This document shows, piece by piece, positions 58,798-62,912 of a stretch of 62,912 bases of DNA (its first letter is position 1; the number at the start of each line of letters is the position of its first letter). The stretch is from an uncultured Chitinophagaceae bacterium. Its GTDB lineage: Bacteria > Bacteroidota > Bacteroidia > Chitinophagales > LD1. Both the position numbers and the translations under genes were made by a program. Under the pieces are notes generated by a model, which had not been told where the DNA came from, searched no databases, and saw nothing but the letters and a program-made list of their open reading frames with translations. The stretch is from positions 15,603 to 78,514 of the forward strand of contig CAZYXR010000002.1 of assembly GCA_964650845.1 (NCBI GenBank), given 5' to 3'.

Positions 58798-60899
58798 AGT
58801 AATCCATCTTTGATGTAGCTTGGGATTTGCCAATTATTAAATTGATCTCCATTGTGATAAAGAAGATCTAATGCAAAATGAGTTTTCTTTTTAATACAGT
58901 TTTGAGCTAAGTCATACGGGCTTATTGCATCATCATCAAAGTCTTTTATATTCTTAAGTCCTCTAAACTCACTCTTCTTTTCCTTTATAAAGTCTTTATT
59001 TAACGCAATAAATGCATCTTCAAAACTTCTTCCATGATGTCCATTTTCTTCTGTTTGATAAGTAATCATAATCTCAGCTTCATCTAACACAACTATTCTA
59101 TGGGGAAGGGGTAGAGATTTTAATTCATCCCAAGGTTTAGCGTCAAAAAACGCTTTTAAGGCTGAATTACTGGTGCCTGTACCCTCATTAACGGGACATG
59201 ATATAAAACTTTCTTTTTCACCTTCTTTTTTCGCCCCCTTTTTTACTTCTGCTTTAACAGAGTCAATATCAGTTATAATAAGTGATTTAATACCTAAAAA
59301 GGTTATGAATTTTTTAAATATCTGAGAATATGCACCCACTTCAATAACAGAAACATTTTGAGAGAGTAGTGGTAAATAATCATCTTCGCTTACAGCTGCT
59401 TTATGTTTATTTTCCTCATCAATATCTATCTTGCGCATAAAGGTAGGAATGAGAATTCGTTCTGTATCTCCTTCAATTAAGACCGCTTTATCTGCAAAGA
59501 AAATTTCTGCCCTGCTGATAGTTAAATATTGTTTCAAAAACTGATACTGCATAGGGTCTGCTTCATACTCTCTGCGTAAATCCTTAAGGTTTCTCGCCTT
59601 TACTTTATTATCCTTATCTCGCTTCAAATACTTGATATCGTCAAAATCACTATCAGCCACAATACAAGCCGAATGTGTACTTATGATATACTGTAAATCT
59701 CTTTTGATACCATCTTCTCTCTTTATCCCTTCTCCAAGAAGTTTTTTTATGTTTTTAATAAAAACATATTGCATTTGGGGATGGGTATGTGCCTCCGGTT
59801 CTTCTATAAATAACAGATTGATATCTGCGGGTTTTTTGTCTTTATCTCTTTTAAACTCATGCACGAGAATCTCTATCTCAAAAATCATACTGATCAGATT
59901 CATATACCCCAATCCATTATAATGCTCTGGCAAATGATTATCTGCGTCATGCTTATAAACAACCGTAGTATTTCCCTCAAGAAGCTCTTTGTGTTGAAGT
60001 GTAGATATGATATCCAGTTCTGACTCGTTAGCCTTAATTCCACCAAAGTCCTTCACTTTCTTAAGTACATCAGTAAAAAGTTTTCCGTAAATTTTACTTA
60101 GCTCAACATCTGTCTCTATCAATTTATCCTGAAATTCAGATATAGCTTCAAGTGTATCTTGGGTAGATTCAGCCTTCTTGTAAATGCGTGATGTTTGATT
60201 GGATAAACTTCTACTTGGTTCTTTATTAGCAACCTCACGCTTTGCGTTTATGTATTTGAAGCTTATTATATTATCAAGATTAATTTTCTCATTTTCAAGA
60301 TTGATAAATTTCGTCTCATCCACCAGCCCTGCACCACAATCAAAAGCAAGTGATTTCTTCATCAGTTCAAAGTAATTCTCAATTCTATTTTCCAAGAATT
60401 TATCAAACCCCTTTATCTCATACTGCTTATCTTCAGTTTTCTTTACCGCTTGTTTTTCTTTTTCACTCTCCGTAAATTTCGCAAAATCTGCTCGGAGGTG
60501 ACTATAGTGATTGTAGTCTATTACATACTCAAATCCAAGAACCACTACATTATTATCTGGATCCAAGTCCATCATTATCTGACTTATATTAGAAAGATCA
60601 TCATGCTCCCCATATGTTATATACAGTTTAAGACTTATACCTTGACTAACATACTCGTGCTCTTGAATTTCATTTTCATCTTGGACAACTGTTTCAAGAT
60701 GGTTCTTAAAATCTATACTAAAATCATTATAAGAGAACTTATTTCTATCTGAATGATTTAAAAATTTACTCAAAGCTGTGAGAATGGATGTTTTTCCCGT
60801 ATTGTTTTTCCCAATAACTAAAGAAAGCTCCTCTTCTAAATCCATTGAGAAGTTTTTAAGCAAACGAAAATTCTGTACTTCTAGTTTGAATATTTTCAT
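58779..60899 (-). CDS. OLD-family ATPase + TOPRIM nuclease (GajA-like)
   Basis: Walker A GKNNTGKTS, LLFIEEPEAHTHPQMQ, and TOPRIM VLIEGDTERILIP with LIITDIDS. It overlaps the helicase gene. Confidence 0.82.
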   Translation of the reverse strand: MKIFKLEVQNFRLLKNFSMDLEEELSLVIGKNNTGKTSILTALSKFLNHSDRNKFSYNDFSIDFKNHLETVVQDENEIQEHEYVSQGISLKLYITYGEHDDLSNISQIMMDLDPDNNVVVLGFEYVIDYNHYSHLRADFAKFTESEKEKQAVKKTEDKQYEIKGFDKFLENRIENYFELMKKSLAFDCGAGLVDETKFINLENEKINLDNIISFKYINAKREVANKEPSRSLSNQTSRIYKKAESTQDTLEAISEFQDKLIETDVELSKIYGKLFTDVLKKVKDFGGIKANESELDIISTLQHKELLEGNTTVVYKHDADNHLPEHYNGLGYMNLISMIFEIEILVHEFKRDKDKKPADINLLFIEEPEAHTHPQMQYVFIKNIKKLLGEGIKREDGIKRDLQYIISTHSACIVADSDFDDIKYLKRDKDNKVKARNLKDLRREYEADPMQYQFLKQYLTISRAEIFFADKAVLIEGDTERILIPTFMRKIDIDEENKHKAAVSEDDYLPLLSQNVSVIEVGAYSQIFKKFITFLGIKSLIITDIDSVKAEVKKGAKKEGEKESFISCPVNEGTGTSNSALKAFFDAKPWDELKSLPLPHRIVVLDEAEIMITYQTEENGHHGRSFEDAFIALNKDFIKEKKSEFRGLKNIKDFDDDAISPYDLAQNCIKKKTHFALDLLYHNGDQFNNWQIPSYIKDGLLWLKKD

Positions 60900-61061
60900 A
60901 AGTATGTCAATTAATATTTGTGTAGATGAGTGATGAAAGACTTAGCAGACTACTACTAGCTATTTACATAACTATGTTATCTTATTTCGGCAATCTGTAA
61001 AGACGCTATAATTTATAGATGAGAGATGTTACTCGTTCACCATAACAATTTCTATATGCTC

Positions 61062-61745
61062 TTAAAAGGAGTAGGGCTGCCAAGATTTCCTCCGTTGAAA
61101 GCTTCTGTGATGGATATCTGAGACACTAATCGAAATATACCAATGAGAAAAGATTCTACTCTCAAAATCTCTTACATTCGTTATGACTTTTCTTCCATAG
61201 TTATTTATGTTTTCTTGACTGGGCCATGGATCTCGAATAACAAGTTGCTGGATATAATGAATTCCATTATCACATTGCCATGTTATCCCTGTGATGATTA
61301 CAGCATGTCCTATTGAGGATCCTTGGGGACGATAAGCTACCATAACAGGCCTGTTTTCTTGTAGCTCTCTTATGACAGCATTAAAATCAATATCACCTTT
61401 CTCCAATGTCGATGAAATACAAACCCTCTTCAATTGATTATGATATATATTATGGCAGAAATTTAGATTCCCTGTAATTACATAATCTGTCGCAGGGCAA
61501 TTTCTAGGATTATTGAAATGATCAGTAGCACAATGATTTCTGGCTAAATCTTCTTGCGATATTTCAATTCCGTAATGAGCAGCAATCGTTTGAATACACG
61601 CAGCTGCACACCAGTTAGTTTGCCGTTGATGTGAATAAATTATATTGAAATTGCGTGTATCAATACCTGCGCTGTAAGTAGGTAGATAAGTACGTTGCGG
61701 TTGAAATGATCTTAAAAAAAGATTGACAGAAGAAAGAACGTCCAT
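61062..61745 (-). CDS. papain-fold (C39-like) cysteine peptidase domain protein
   Basis: QTNWCAAACIQTIAAHYG (Cys), SIGHAVIITG (His) and VIRDPW (Asp) occur in the order expected for C39-like peptidases. No signal peptide seen. Confidence 0.5.
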   Translation of the reverse strand: MDVLSSVNLFLRSFQPQRTYLPTYSAGIDTRNFNIIYSHQRQTNWCAAACIQTIAAHYGIEISQEDLARNHCATDHFNNPRNCPATDYVITGNLNFCHNIYHNQLKRVCISSTLEKGDIDFNAVIRELQENRPVMVAYRPQGSSIGHAVIITGITWQCDNGIHYIQQLVIRDPWPSQENINNYGRKVITNVRDFESRIFSHWYISISVSDIHHRSFQRRKSWQPYSF

Positions 61746-61907
61746 CGGAAATTTAATTTGGTAGAATGCAAAAATACCATCTAAGGAACATTACAAAGGG
61801 ATCTTTTCCACAGTATAATGTTACTAGCTTAAAAATTAGTCATAATAACTCTACCATTTAATAGGACTATAAAGAATTTAGTTTCAGTTATAATTAAAAA
61901 CAGAACC

Positions 61908-62864
61908 ATGTACGTATTCACAAAAGCAATCAAAGACTTTATCAATCATTGTAAATTTGAAAAGAACCTTTCTCCTAAAACTATCAAAGCCTATGAGATT
62001 GATTTAAAACAATTCTATCAATTCCTTTTACAAAGGCAGTATTCTATAGAAGTTAGTAGGATAACAAAAAGTGAAATCCGTGAGTATTTGGAGACAATTT
62101 CAACTCTGAAACCTAAATCTATCAAGAGAAAAATTGCTACTACTAAAGCAATGTTCAACTACTTAGAATTTGAAGAGTACGTTTCAATAAATCCTCTGCG
62201 AAAAATGAAAATACGTATTAAAGAGCCTAAGCAACTCCCCAAAGTAATGCAATCACAGGAAGTCGAAACTATCCTAAGATATGCTTATCAGCAATTAACT
62301 ACTGTGACACAGACTGAACACTATAAATATTTTGAAGCCTTGCGCAATGTAGTTGTTGTAGAACTGCTGTATGCCACAGGCGCAAGAGTTTCAGAAATAT
62401 CGGGCTTAAAACTAGATACGATCGAAATAGCTACTGGTTCAGTAATTATAAAGGGAAAAGGAGACAAAGAACGTAGTGTTGAAATTTGCAACCCCGATAC
62501 CCTTGTAGTGTTGAATAAATACTATGCACTTTATGCTGATAAAGTTACACAGTCTGGCAACTTCTTTTTGGTAAATCGTTTTGGCAAAAAATTGTCTGAG
62601 CAATCAATACGAGGTATTGTAAAAAATCTCACCATTAGATCAGGAATGAATCGGCATATTACACCACATGTTTTTAGGCATTCTCTTGCAACATTATTAC
62701 TAGAAAATGATGTAGATATAAAATACATCCAAGTGTTGCTTGGGCATAGTTCAATCATGACTACTCAAATTTATACTCATGTGAACAAAATAAAGCAGCG
62801 TGAGATTCTAAAAACTAAGCATCCGCGAAGGGGGTTCTCAATGTTACCTGTCAATACAGGATAA
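61908..62864 (+). CDS. tyrosine recombinase (XerC/XerD-like)
   Basis: A SAM-like N-domain (FINHCKFEKNLSPKTIKAYEIDLKQF), ATGARVSEI, HVFRHSLATLL and LLGHSSIMTTQIYTHV. Confidence 0.88.
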   Translation: MYVFTKAIKDFINHCKFEKNLSPKTIKAYEIDLKQFYQFLLQRQYSIEVSRITKSEIREYLETISTLKPKSIKRKIATTKAMFNYLEFEEYVSINPLRKMKIRIKEPKQLPKVMQSQEVETILRYAYQQLTTVTQTEHYKYFEALRNVVVVELLYATGARVSEISGLKLDTIEIATGSVIIKGKGDKERSVEICNPDTLVVLNKYYALYADKVTQSGNFFLVNRFGKKLSEQSIRGIVKNLTIRSGMNRHITPHVFRHSLATLLLENDVDIKYIQVLLGHSSIMTTQIYTHVNKIKQREILKTKHPRRGFSMLPVNTG

Positions 62865-62912
62865 CTAAATATTAACCTCACTTGTTCGAAACTGATTTCT
62901 CATTTTTTTCGA

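Larger units (their letters stand above)
44626..62912. mobile_element. integrated mobilizable element (integrase + T4CP/relaxase, no T4SS genes seen); right end not in window
   Basis: It begins at the truncation point of tRNA-Pro and carries a tyrosine integrase, an HTH excisionase-like gene, mob genes and defence cargo. The composition looks AT-richer by eye. Confidence 0.6.

Overview
This is a Bacteroidota-type chromosomal segment: it has T9SS C-terminal sorting domains, a fused lpxC/fabZ and a ~289-aa primary sigma factor. The core housekeeping blocks are (a) aminotransferase, gyrB, clpP, thioesterase, DoxX, rpoD and phnA, and (b) recQ, a manC-like gene, an HD hydrolase, lpxD, lpxC/fabZ and an M23 peptidase. 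Two regions that look AT-richer by eye (not computed) interrupt them. Region 1 (~10.3-34.1 kb) is an envelope and oxidative-tailoring locus. Its core is an 11-gene co-directional operon (16.48-27.99 kb): a B12-binding radical SAM enzyme, six PhyH-type dioxygenases, a P4H-like 2OG oxygenase whose acidic iron-ligand position reads Gly, a radical SAM/SPASM enzyme, a lipoprotein with five CxxCH motifs, and a Wzt-like ABC ATPase. Its flanks add an N-terminal-twitch radical SAM enzyme, a seventh PhyH gene, an AspH/LpxO-family hydroxylase, three membrane-anchored SGNH proteins (one split by a G10 tract), a GT2, a Gfo/Idh/MocA oxidoreductase and a large polytopic membrane protein. I see no scaffold-forming gene, and I do not recognise this as a described pathway, so it is my best candidate for a new system. 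Region 2 (~44.6 kb to the window end) is an integrated mobilizable element next to a 3' fragment of tRNA-Pro(UGG). It carries a tyrosine integrase, a stand-alone LytTR regulator with small secreted proteins, a 549-aa protein with a ParB/Srx-like GHHR motif, a T4CP/relaxase mobilization module, a Gabija-like OLD nuclease plus UvrD helicase pair, a C39-like cysteine peptidase and a second tyrosine recombinase. I found no rRNA, CRISPR array or intact tRNA. All functional calls come from motif recognition by eye; no searches were run.
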